Shown: positions 18,858 through 27,935 of the stretch, in pieces
How the letters are laid out: each line of letters begins with the position of its first letter
Numbering within the stretch: position 1 is the stretch's first letter
Assembly (NCBI GenBank): GCA_964638895.1
Contig: CAZWYY010000013.1
Location: 2,522-66,521, forward strand
Direction of reading: 5' to 3'
DNA: 64,000 bases
Origin: an uncultured Spirochaetaceae bacterium
Lineage (GTDB): Bacteria; Spirochaetota; Spirochaetia; SZUA-6; RPPD01
The notes under the pieces: model-generated
Databases searched by the model: none
Seen by the model: only the letters and a program-made list of their open reading frames with translations
Told to the model about the DNA's origin: nothing
Made by a program: the position numbers and the translations under genes

Positions 18858-20249
18858 ATGAATATATTTCCAAGCACGTTTCATCGAAAAAAGCCCATGC
18901 TCATAATGTCCAATGGAAGCGAGCGCGGGGAGTTTGTGCCGATCGGGCGTATTTTTTCATGCACGCAGAGAATACATGACGGTATCCAGGCCTTAAAGGC
19001 TTATTATCCGTACGAGGCCAACTGGTCACCGCATCATAAAATATCCGAGGTAAGCCGCCGGGAAGAGGTGGATTTTGCCTGGGGCTATGAGTATGAGGAT
19101 TACCATCCCTTCAACCTGAATGCACGGGGGGGTGACTGCCGGGGGCAGTTCGAGGATATTAAGCGTTACGGGTCGGATCTGCACCTGACATTGGCCATGG
19201 ACCTTTCGCTGGGCGACAGGGATATAGAAGAGGTGATACGATCTTTAGGGCCGTACGGGCGCATATTCTTAAGGATTAACCATGAATGTAACGGCAACTG
19301 GTTCCGCTTTAATAAATACCACAGTTACAAAGAGGTAAACGATTTTTTTGTCCGCTGCCACCGGATTGTGAAGGCCAATTCATCACAGATATTTACGGTC
19401 TTCAGTTTAAGCGGGGATTTTTTTGCCCGGGAAAAGGTGGTCAGCGACTTCTTTTTACGGATCGCACCGGATGAGATGAGAGAAGCGCTTGAGCTGGCCG
19501 ATTATTGGTCCCTGGACAGGTATTCTTCTCTGCACTACGGCTGGCCCTTTGAGCAGACCATAAACCCAGAAAGCACGAATTCGTATTTCAAGGGCACGGC
19601 GGATGACTGGTGGCATTTAATTGAAGAGTGCTACCTCAGCATGATCTGGCATAACGGTTTGAAAATGAAACCGCTGTTCATTAATGAGTTTAATGCGGAT
19701 TCCAACGTTGACGGCCTTCAGGTTCAGGCGGAAATCGTGGGCAGCGTTTATGATAGGCTGTCAAGGGGAGATTTCGCCTGGCTTGCCGGAATCGCCTTTT
19801 ATCAGTACCGCGACCTGGGAGGACTGGGCCTGGAGAAGGGAAACACGGATAAGTTCTCCGAGAACCCCGTACTGGAAGTGTATCGCCGGGCCGTGAACAC
19901 CATACGCTACCATACAAAAATCGAAGACTGGCAGGAATGGCCGCGGGGCGAGTACTATTTCTCCTGGTACAACTCCGATTCCATCCGTGGATTATGCGTT
20001 CGCGGCGCCGGGGAACAAAAACAGTTTACCAACATCCTTCCGGTTCCGGTATACCTTGTGCTTGAAGAACAGCAGTGGGTGCGGCTTGAATCCGGGCAGG
20101 CATGCGGTATAAACGGACAGGAGCAGTTTTTTATGCTTGTGCCTCCCTATGTGGATGCGGCTGATAGAATTCAATATTCATTTGAGGTGCGGGACATTAA
20201 ACAGGCTTTGGGCCGGATGATGGCGGTGAAAAGTGAAATCTGCAATTAA
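18858..20249 (+). CDS. Hypothetical protein, possibly a TIM-barrel glycoside-hydrolase-like fold
   Basis: 463 aa, no Cys cluster; weak motifs LRINHECNGNW and FINEFNADSN; RBS GGGGGG upstream. Confidence 0.25.
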   Translation: MNIFPSTFHRKKPMLIMSNGSERGEFVPIGRIFSCTQRIHDGIQALKAYYPYEANWSPHHKISEVSRREEVDFAWGYEYEDYHPFNLNARGGDCRGQFEDIKRYGSDLHLTLAMDLSLGDRDIEEVIRSLGPYGRIFLRINHECNGNWFRFNKYHSYKEVNDFFVRCHRIVKANSSQIFTVFSLSGDFFAREKVVSDFFLRIAPDEMREALELADYWSLDRYSSLHYGWPFEQTINPESTNSYFKGTADDWWHLIEECYLSMIWHNGLKMKPLFINEFNADSNVDGLQVQAEIVGSVYDRLSRGDFAWLAGIAFYQYRDLGGLGLEKGNTDKFSENPVLEVYRRAVNTIRYHTKIEDWQEWPRGEYYFSWYNSDSIRGLCVRGAGEQKQFTNILPVPVYLVLEEQQWVRLESGQACGINGQEQFFMLVPPYVDAADRIQYSFEVRDIKQALGRMMAVKSEICN

Positions 20250-21315
20250 TAATTATTTAGACGCGGAGCAAACCGAGGAAGAAATTAAGCGCGGGTTCGA
20301 GGAAAATATCTCCGCTTACCTGGACTGCCGCTATGCCGTCCCGGTTGTCAATGGCACGGTTGCGCTTGAGGTTGCCCTGCGCGGGCTGGGCCTCTCACGG
20401 GGAGACTGCGTTATTGTGCCTGATATCTCCTTCATCGCCACGGCCACGGCCGTGGCCAATTGCGGCCTGGTGCCGGTGTATGCGGATGTAAGTCCCACAT
20501 ACTTCGGACTTACCCTGGAAACACTGCAAAACAGGAATTGTTCCGGGGTAAAAGCCGTGGTGCTGGTACATTTTTCCGGGTTTGTCAACAGGGAGCTGTT
20601 TGAGATAATCGAATACTGTTACAGTAACGGCCTGGCCCTGGTGGAAGACTGCGCCCAGGCGTTTGCCTGTACGGCCCACGGTAGAAAGGTGGGCACCTTC
20701 GGCGACGCGGGCGCGTTCAGTTTTCAATCCTCCAAAAGTATAAGCGCCGGTGAAGGGGGGCTTGTCTGCACCGACAAGCGGCACCTGGCCGCGCAGTTCC
20801 AGGCCGTTTCCGACTGGGGGATGAGCCCCTTGTTTAAGCGCCGAAAACTTGCGCTTGCCAGCAGCAACTTCCGGCTCAGCGCCCTGCAGTGTTATGTTTT
20901 GGGCCGGAAACTCGAACATATCGACAGCACGGTAGCGGCAAGACGCGAACGCTGCGCCCGGTTGGAAGACGCCTGCCGCGAACTGGGCCTGGAACACTGT
21001 CTGCCTGCCCCCAGACCGGAATATTTTGACTGCCCCTTCTTTTTTCCGCTGAAAAGCGCGCGCAAACTTAACAGCATAGAGCCCCGGGAAGAGTCTCCCC
21101 TGCATAGATCCGCCATAGTAGTCGCCATTCTGGAACGCTTTTACCCGGATCTGCTGAAGCGGTATTATGAACTCAATCCTCCCGGGGTCATGTCGGAATT
21201 CGCCGGCAACAAGGTTATTACTGATATTGATTTTATCAACATCAGCCAAACATGGAATCTGCCCGCGGATCAGGTAGTGTCTGCGTACAAGGAGGCGGTG
21301 TTATGTCGGAAATAA
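20233..21315 (+). CDS. DegT/DnrJ/EryC1/StrS-family PLP-dependent (sugar) aminotransferase
   Basis: VNGTVALEVAL, GDCVIVPDISFIATA, FSFQSSKSISAGEGG (PLP Lys). Confidence 0.75.
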   Translation: MKSAINNYLDAEQTEEEIKRGFEENISAYLDCRYAVPVVNGTVALEVALRGLGLSRGDCVIVPDISFIATATAVANCGLVPVYADVSPTYFGLTLETLQNRNCSGVKAVVLVHFSGFVNRELFEIIEYCYSNGLALVEDCAQAFACTAHGRKVGTFGDAGAFSFQSSKSISAGEGGLVCTDKRHLAAQFQAVSDWGMSPLFKRRKLALASSNFRLSALQCYVLGRKLEHIDSTVAARRERCARLEDACRELGLEHCLPAPRPEYFDCPFFFPLKSARKLNSIEPREESPLHRSAIVVAILERFYPDLLKRYYELNPPGVMSEFAGNKVITDIDFINISQTWNLPADQVVSAYKEAVLCRK

Positions 21316-22325
21316 TGGCCCTGCGGCACCAGTTTGAAAAAACCGAAAATATTCTGCTTGTAGACTGGTGTGTCAGCAATATCTGTAATTTCGCCTGCTC
21401 GTATTGCCCGGAACATACCCACGCGGGTACGCATCCGTTTATGCCAATTAAAAATATCCTACTGTTTTCGGACCGGATTGTGGATCACTACGTAAAGAAA
21501 CTGCATAAAGAGGTCTATTTTCTTTACACGGGTGGCGAGGTGACCTTGTATAAGGATTTTATTCCCCTGATCCGCACTCAAAAAGAGAACGGCCACCGTG
21601 TGAGTATCAGTACCAATGGATCGCGCAGGTTGTCCTTCTGGCAGGAGGTTAAAAAATACCTGTTCCAGGTAAGCATGAGCTACCACGATGAGTATACGGA
21701 CCTGGATCATTTCATCAATGTAATAAACCTGATAAAGTCGGACACCTATACCCATGTTAATATCATGGTCCAGCCCGACCGCTTCCAGCAGTGTCTGGAC
21801 GCGGCCTACCGGGTGCTGCATGAAACCGATGATATCACCATCGATCTCCAGATTGTGTTGAGGGATTTCATCGAGCCTTACCCATATACAAATCAGCAGC
21901 GCAGGCTCATCATCGCGGTGGGTAAGGAAATCAACGGCAAACTGAAACTAAAACGCAAGCGGGACAGTTACCGCGGGCTGATGAAACTTGTGTTTCGTGA
22001 CGGCTCACACGAGTTGGTAAAACCCGGTGATCTTCTAACAAGAAATTTGCACGCCTGGCGGGGCTGGAGCTGTTACATTGGTCTTGAGATCCTGGTGGTT
22101 GATCTGAACGGTGATATCTACAGGAGCTGGTGCGGCGACGCCGGTAAAATCGGGAATATTAATGATGAACAGATACACTTTCCCACAAAACCGCATATCT
22201 GCGGCAGGGCCTATTGCAGCGGGGGGATCACCGACACCATGGTCACAAAAATCAAGGAGGCATGTAATGAGCAGCCGGACGACAGCCGGAGTGTTCTCGC
22301 CGTTTACAATCAGGGACGGGTTTGA
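21303..22325 (+). CDS. Radical SAM enzyme, family B (paralog of 2333-3358)
   Basis: CNFACSYC, YTGGEVTLYKDF, C-terminal WRGWSCYIGL...CGRAYC; AAGGAGG RBS before ATG 21303. Confidence 0.7.
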   Translation: MSEIMALRHQFEKTENILLVDWCVSNICNFACSYCPEHTHAGTHPFMPIKNILLFSDRIVDHYVKKLHKEVYFLYTGGEVTLYKDFIPLIRTQKENGHRVSISTNGSRRLSFWQEVKKYLFQVSMSYHDEYTDLDHFINVINLIKSDTYTHVNIMVQPDRFQQCLDAAYRVLHETDDITIDLQIVLRDFIEPYPYTNQQRRLIIAVGKEINGKLKLKRKRDSYRGLMKLVFRDGSHELVKPGDLLTRNLHAWRGWSCYIGLEILVVDLNGDIYRSWCGDAGKIGNINDEQIHFPTKPHICGRAYCSGGITDTMVTKIKEACNEQPDDSRSVLAVYNQGRV

Positions 22326-23292
22326 GCTGTCCAACCGGATAGTGTTCGCCCCCGTATACATAAACAGGGCAAACGAGTCCGCTGAGTTCAGGAATTTCTA
22401 CGCCGGGCGGGCCAAGGGCGGCGCCGGGCTGATAATCACGCCGGTTCAGACAATGGGGGGCTTTACCGATCTTTATACCCCGGCCTTCCGCAAGGCGGCA
22501 CGCATGCTTCTGGATGAATGCAGGGCGCACGGAGCCCGGGTTATCCCGCAGGTATTTTCCGGTGTGGGAGCCTGGGTAAACCGGATGAGTACGCGGGAGC
22601 TTTCCCGCCTGCCTGAGGCCTTCGCGCTCTGCGCACTTAAACTGCGTGAGGCCGGATACCCCGGCATGGAGATTCACGGTGCGCATCACAGCCTGTTCAT
22701 GCACCTGCTGTGCCCCGGTATTAATCAGCGTACCGACCGTTATAACGGCGGTTTGGAGGCAAGAGCCGCCCTTCAGGTTGAAACCGTAAAAGCCGTTAAA
22801 GCCGGGGCGGGACGGAATTTCAGCCTTTTTTACCGCTTGAGCGCCACGGACTTCACTGCGGGAGGTTTTGATATTATCCATGCCGTGGATGTTGCCCGGA
22901 TGCTTGAGCGGGCCGGCGCGGACTGTCTTGATATTTCGGCGGGAGGGACCTCAATCAGCCCCACGGGTTCCGAATGCCCGGACCATACACAGCCGGAGTC
23001 TTGTTTCCGTTCATATTTCAGTAAAGTGAAACGGGCCGTAAAGATTCCCGTAATCGGCGCGGGCAGAATCAACTCACGCGCGGCCGCCGAAAAAATTCTG
23101 GTACAGGGAAGGGCCGACCTGATCGCCCTAGGCAGGACGCTGGTGGCTGATCCCTTCTGGCCGCTTAAAGTCAGACAGGGGAGGGAGACGGAGATTCTGC
23201 CCATGAACGAATGGTATAAATATATGCCCGGGTACCGCTCGGCGGAGCAACATGCCGCGACAGGCGATGGCGCCCTTGGAACTAAAGTATAA
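22267..23292 (+). CDS. Old Yellow Enzyme family NADH:flavin oxidoreductase
   Basis: MEIHGAHHSLFMHLL, RTDRYNGGLEARA, GGFDIIHAVDVARMLERAGADCLDISAGG; start uncertain (ORF track 22111, first ATG 22267). Confidence 0.75.
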   Translation: MSSRTTAGVFSPFTIRDGFELSNRIVFAPVYINRANESAEFRNFYAGRAKGGAGLIITPVQTMGGFTDLYTPAFRKAARMLLDECRAHGARVIPQVFSGVGAWVNRMSTRELSRLPEAFALCALKLREAGYPGMEIHGAHHSLFMHLLCPGINQRTDRYNGGLEARAALQVETVKAVKAGAGRNFSLFYRLSATDFTAGGFDIIHAVDVARMLERAGADCLDISAGGTSISPTGSECPDHTQPESCFRSYFSKVKRAVKIPVIGAGRINSRAAAEKILVQGRADLIALGRTLVADPFWPLKVRQGRETEILPMNEWYKYMPGYRSAEQHAATGDGALGTKV

Positions 23293-23307
23293 AGGGAGGG
23301 TTTTCTG

Positions 23308-25038
23308 ATGAGGACCGTGACAAATAAACTGGACAATGGCTATGAGGTGGAGATGGACCCCGGTGCTGAGTTCATTGTGCATGAGATCTGGGACGATTTG
23401 TTTTATGACCGTGATTACCACATCGGACGCGGTGATATAGTCCTGGATATCGGGGCGAATATAGGCATATTTTCGCTTTTCGCCGCATACCGCGGGGCCC
23501 GGGTCTATGCCGTGGAACCGGATGAACATAACTACAATCTATTGTGCTCGAATATTGAAAGGAACGGACTCGGCCGCCGGATTCATCCCATTTTCTGCGC
23601 TGCCGCCAAAAATGACGGTACTATAGCGCTTTACATCCCCCCTGCGGAAAAATTATGCGCGTCCGGCATGATAACAACCTCGCTTGCCCAGATAGAGAAG
23701 CTTACAGGGCATGACACTTCCGGGGTCAGTGTAACCAGGGTGAAATCCGTCTCACTCCCCGGCCTGCTGAGGCAAATAGCGGAAGCGCACATCTCCCTAT
23801 TAAAACTGGATACCGAAGGCGCGGAACTGGATATTCTTCTCGGAACGGACGCGGACGATCTGCGATCCGTGGAGTGCATAGTCATGGAGACACACTCATC
23901 CTATACCGAGCGGGAGCTTTATCACCGGGTGCGCAGGCTGGGATTCGACGTTATCAGTTATGAAAAGCGCACCGGACCTTTCTTAACCGGCTATCTTTAC
24001 GCAAAGAAGGCCCGGGCGGGAAGGCCTGCCGGTCGTACCAGGCCCGTCGCCATCCTCACTGTTCCCGGGAGTGTGGATTCCCCGAACAGTGCCATCGCAG
24101 ACGCCGGACAGAGTTTTTCAACCGTAAACCCGGATTGCTGCGGTCTCGGTTACCGTTTCAGCGTGGATGGGAAGGAGGAACCATTTTCCACCGATCCTGT
24201 CCGGCATATACATTTTAAGAAACCGGGACTTCACCGCATTTCAGTTGATATTCTGGAAGGCGGTATTGACAACTGCAGGCAGAAAAACATGCCGGCCGGT
24301 TTCGGCAGCGACCGGGCCGAGAAAACAGTATGGGTTTTCACCGAGCACTACGGACCGTCCCCGCGCGCCCTGGCCCTGCCCGAACTGGGGAAAAAAAAGG
24401 AGTTTACCGTTTCCGCCCAAACAGAGTTTTTCATACCGGCAGAGAACATTCCCAAGCAATGGGATTATGACGCCCTGGGTATCGGTGTAGGTCTATTGGA
24501 CACGCCCGAAAACCCGGAAGAACCGCACATCAGCCTGCTACATAACGGGGTGCGGACCAAAATCACCTCAAGTTACCAGGAGGTCATTATTCCCGCTTTT
24601 CCCAGGGGGCGCGATCTTTGTTTTTCTTTCGAAAGCGCGTGCAATTTCCGGGTATGCCTGCATTGGTTTGCCAGAGTCGGGGCGGAGGCTCCCGTGCTTC
24701 CGGTGCTTGATTGCCGTAACAGCCGAGGACAGCTTCTTGGAGAAAAATCATCGGCGCATATCTGCCTGTTCGAAGGTGAGGGCCGTTTGGTGGTCGCGCG
24801 GGAGTTATTGCCGAAAACATGGAATCCGGTCTGTGTAAAGATCTGTTTTTCGGTGCACGAGCGGGATACCACAGGAAAGGAACTGGAGGGCGAACTGGTG
24901 TTCAAGGGGCGTTGTTTCACATTACTGGGTTGGTATAAGGAAATTAACTTCAGCGGGGAGGAGATCCGTAACAAAATGGAGTATATGGTGCGGGTGCCGT
25001 GCGCCCGTGTCTATCAGGTTACCTGGTGGCCCGAATAA
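23308..25038 (+). CDS. FkbM-family methyltransferase with C-terminal unknown domain (paralog of 5007-6734)
   Basis: LDIGANIGIFSLFAA, VEPDEHNY; C-terminus YQVTWWPE. Confidence 0.65.
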   Translation: MRTVTNKLDNGYEVEMDPGAEFIVHEIWDDLFYDRDYHIGRGDIVLDIGANIGIFSLFAAYRGARVYAVEPDEHNYNLLCSNIERNGLGRRIHPIFCAAAKNDGTIALYIPPAEKLCASGMITTSLAQIEKLTGHDTSGVSVTRVKSVSLPGLLRQIAEAHISLLKLDTEGAELDILLGTDADDLRSVECIVMETHSSYTERELYHRVRRLGFDVISYEKRTGPFLTGYLYAKKARAGRPAGRTRPVAILTVPGSVDSPNSAIADAGQSFSTVNPDCCGLGYRFSVDGKEEPFSTDPVRHIHFKKPGLHRISVDILEGGIDNCRQKNMPAGFGSDRAEKTVWVFTEHYGPSPRALALPELGKKKEFTVSAQTEFFIPAENIPKQWDYDALGIGVGLLDTPENPEEPHISLLHNGVRTKITSSYQEVIIPAFPRGRDLCFSFESACNFRVCLHWFARVGAEAPVLPVLDCRNSRGQLLGEKSSAHICLFEGEGRLVVARELLPKTWNPVCVKICFSVHERDTTGKELEGELVFKGRCFTLLGWYKEINFSGEEIRNKMEYMVRVPCARVYQVTWWPE

Positions 25039-25062
25039 CATGGATGATGATGGGAATATTAC

Positions 25063-26457
25063 ATGAGAATCGTACTGATAATCTTGCCCTGCTGGTCGGT
25101 CAATACGCCGCCCCTGGGCATATCTTACATTGCCGCTGCCTTAAGAAAGGCGGGGTATGACGTCACCGTATTTGATTTAAACACAAGGTTATGGAATGAG
25201 TTTAAAGCGGATGAGGACGACCTCTGGGAATCACGCAATCACACAAAATGGGAGTTCCATGATGATTTTATCGGATACGTGTTGCCGCATATTAAACACA
25301 GGCTTGATTATCATATAAAAAGAATAATCGACGGCGATTTTGACATTGTCGGATTTTCCGTTTTTATCACCTCCCTTAATACGACAAAATATTTTATAGA
25401 AGAAATAAAAAAAGAGAAACCGGAAACAAAAATTATTTTCGGCGGTCCGGGGGTGGATATCTATGAAATAAAAAACAGTCTGAAAAAAGGATTTGTCGAC
25501 GCCGCGATCGTCGGAGAAGGTGAGGAGGCAATCGTCGGTTTGCTTTCAAGATGGAAAACAGGCGATGATATATTGGGGATACCGGGCATTATTGCCAAAA
25601 GTAAAACCGGGAGGTTTGTTTTTTCGCAGGGTGCGCTTATTGAAATCCTTGATAATCTGCCCCCACCCGATTTTAGTGATTATAGGGACCTGACCTATTC
25701 CGACAAAAGGCTTCCGATAATGATGAGCCGCGGATGCATCGGTTCCTGCAGTTTCTGCTCCGAAGTTAAATATTGGAAGAAATTCCGCAGGCGGTCGGCT
25801 TTTCATATCTATGAGGAGATCGAAACGGACGTAAAAAAGTATGGGATATCAAAATTTATTTTTGCCGATTCGCTGATCAACGGAGATCATAAAATACTGG
25901 AAGAACTGGTGGATTTAATACTGGAAAACGGGTTGGAGATTACCTGGTTGGGAAACGCGAGAATTGACGGAAGATTAACCAAAAATTTACTGCAAAAAAT
26001 GGCTGCCGCCGGATGCGCCTGTTTGATGTATGGATTGGAGAGCGGCTCACCGAAGATCTTGAAATTGATGAAAAAGGGAATCAGACTCGAAGAAGCCCGG
26101 CGGGTTATCAGGGATACCTGTAATGCGGGAATTGAGGTGCAGATAAACATGATCGTCGGGTTCCCGGGTGAAACGGAGGAGGATTTTTGCAGCAGCCTTG
26201 ATTTTCTGTTTAAAAATCAGGTCTTCATTAATGTAGTGAATACCGGTGTTCCCTTAGGAATCGGCCCCAACATGGAACTATACGAACATCCCGAGAAATA
26301 CGGGATAATGACCAATAAATACGGGAAAGTATTTTATGATGAGAATGATTCATGGATGACTATCGACAAAAAAAATACGTATCCTGTGCGCTATAAGCGG
26401 TTATTACGCATGCGAGAATTTTTAGCGTATAATCATATAGACTATAATCCAAGGTAA
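25063..26457 (+). CDS. B12-binding-domain radical SAM enzyme
   Basis: MRIVLIILP...GISYIAAALRKAGYDV B12-like N-terminus; MMSRGCIGSCSFCSE. Confidence 0.7.
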   Translation: MRIVLIILPCWSVNTPPLGISYIAAALRKAGYDVTVFDLNTRLWNEFKADEDDLWESRNHTKWEFHDDFIGYVLPHIKHRLDYHIKRIIDGDFDIVGFSVFITSLNTTKYFIEEIKKEKPETKIIFGGPGVDIYEIKNSLKKGFVDAAIVGEGEEAIVGLLSRWKTGDDILGIPGIIAKSKTGRFVFSQGALIEILDNLPPPDFSDYRDLTYSDKRLPIMMSRGCIGSCSFCSEVKYWKKFRRRSAFHIYEEIETDVKKYGISKFIFADSLINGDHKILEELVDLILENGLEITWLGNARIDGRLTKNLLQKMAAAGCACLMYGLESGSPKILKLMKKGIRLEEARRVIRDTCNAGIEVQINMIVGFPGETEEDFCSSLDFLFKNQVFINVVNTGVPLGIGPNMELYEHPEKYGIMTNKYGKVFYDENDSWMTIDKKNTYPVRYKRLLRMREFLAYNHIDYNPR

Positions 26458-26477
26458 AAAACCGGCGGATCCTCGCA

Positions 26478-27722
26478 ATGATCCGCACAATGAACAAAAA
26501 AAGGCTTTCAATTCAGAAGAGAAGTATTCACATGGTAAAAGAACAGCCCGTATTCGTGATTCGTAATAAAATCCATACGTTTATCAGGCGGTTGGATTTT
26601 AAGGTGTATGTTCAGTATAAGGTATGCGGACGGGAAAAACAAAAACTCATGGCTGTGGGAACCGTTAACGGCGGGGACCTTGAGACTCTGCGGATAAACC
26701 TTTGTGCCTTTGGTTTCAAACTTACTATTATAGACACACCGCATTACCGGGGTCTTTACGGTCAGGCCCCTTCAGGGATATACGGGCTGTTTTTATCACC
26801 CAAGCGGGAAATCATCTCATTGAACCAGGATATCCTGAATCAAACCCTGCTTGAACAGCCCATATTCGAGCTGAATCGATTCGGTAAGGAGCACGGGATT
26901 GAGGACCTGGTGTTTCTGGAATATGAAGCCTGCCTTTCACTCTGGGCATGCCTGGATCGGGTATTTGCCGAACTGCTTGGAATCTCCTATCCTGAATTGC
27001 TTTTTACAAAATATAAAAACAGCCATAACCAATATATCAGAAACTACCTGAAACTTAAACGGAATGCGGAAATCTTTCATTATGATCCGGAATATGCCGG
27101 TAACAACATTGCCTTGTTTAGTTGGATATATTGCCTGGAAGTAAAAATAACCGAGGAACTGGTAAGAGGTGAAACGGTTTCCCTTCATGACACGGGCACA
27201 AGCCTGGCCCATTTTCCCCTGCTTTTAAGCGGATTATCCTGCGCTCAACTCTTTGGCTTGAAGATTGGCGCGATTTCAGCCTCGGACAAAGTCTGGACCG
27301 GGCAGGGGTATATAGAGAGAATACTCCGGGAGAATCCGCATTACAGAAAAATCGATTTCGTACGGGCCGATTTGACCAAAGACATGGAGCTGTTACCTGA
27401 ATCCGATGTAATCATTTTAAATGATGTTTTGGAGCACCTGCCGGATGACCGCACCGCATTCGCGGTCTTACACGGGCTTTGGAACAAGGCCGGCAGACTA
27501 CTGATTGCCCACGTGCCGTTGGAATCCGAACCGAACGCGGCCTGGGATCACCATATTTCGTTTACCCCCGAGAAGATCCGTGATTGGTCGCGTTCATTGC
27601 CGGGGGGGTGTGTGCGTTCCGACACCTATTCCGCCGGCGACATAAGCCTGACCGCTTTGGGTTTTTTCATCATAACAAAAAACAACTTATCATCATCAGC
27701 AGGACAGCGGCACCGGCACTGA
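26478..27722 (+). CDS. Class I SAM-dependent methyltransferase with an N-terminal unknown domain
   Basis: VIILNDVLEHLPDD motif in C-terminal half; last gene of the co-directional block. Confidence 0.45.
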   Translation: MIRTMNKKRLSIQKRSIHMVKEQPVFVIRNKIHTFIRRLDFKVYVQYKVCGREKQKLMAVGTVNGGDLETLRINLCAFGFKLTIIDTPHYRGLYGQAPSGIYGLFLSPKREIISLNQDILNQTLLEQPIFELNRFGKEHGIEDLVFLEYEACLSLWACLDRVFAELLGISYPELLFTKYKNSHNQYIRNYLKLKRNAEIFHYDPEYAGNNIALFSWIYCLEVKITEELVRGETVSLHDTGTSLAHFPLLLSGLSCAQLFGLKIGAISASDKVWTGQGYIERILRENPHYRKIDFVRADLTKDMELLPESDVIILNDVLEHLPDDRTAFAVLHGLWNKAGRLLIAHVPLESEPNAAWDHHISFTPEKIRDWSRSLPGGCVRSDTYSAGDISLTALGFFIITKNNLSSSAGQRHRH

Positions 27723-27935
27723 TCCCGCCCCGCCTTGATCTGTCCGGGTAAGGCGTACCGCATTTTTCTCCTCCCACCGCTTATGAGGCGAATATGCCGG
27801 GCCGCGTACGATGCTTTCGGCCTTCCGCGCCTTCCCGCACAGACAATCCCCCTCTTCCCCGAATTAATACTTAAGTATGATGGTAAAACACTCCCGGTAT
27901 GCTAAACTTGTAAACGTAACCATGGGGGTGCGTCG

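Noticed and set aside
236-27000. Numerous 60-140 aa ORFs on the minus strand inside the big operon (e.g. 236-532, 4485-4904, 5475-5975, 14463-14897, 20395-21249)
   Set aside because: All are nested antisense within longer + strand ORFs that have clear domain motifs and coupled junctions; none has its own RBS context or recognisable fold.
1-27935. Search for a RiPP precursor peptide gene (short + strand ORF with RBS) within the radical SAM operon
   Set aside because: The only small intergenic + strand ORF is the 90-aa carrier protein with a DSL-type Ser motif; no leader/core-like short ORF is visible. A precursor could lie upstream of position 43, so the RiPP hypothesis stays open but unsupported here.
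27723-27935. Possible terminator or small RNA in the 213-bp gap after the operon
   Set aside because: The GC-rich segment (CCGCCCCGCC...) lacks a convincing stem-loop followed by a T-run; only a generic intergenic region with a promoter for the downstream lipoprotein gene can be inferred.
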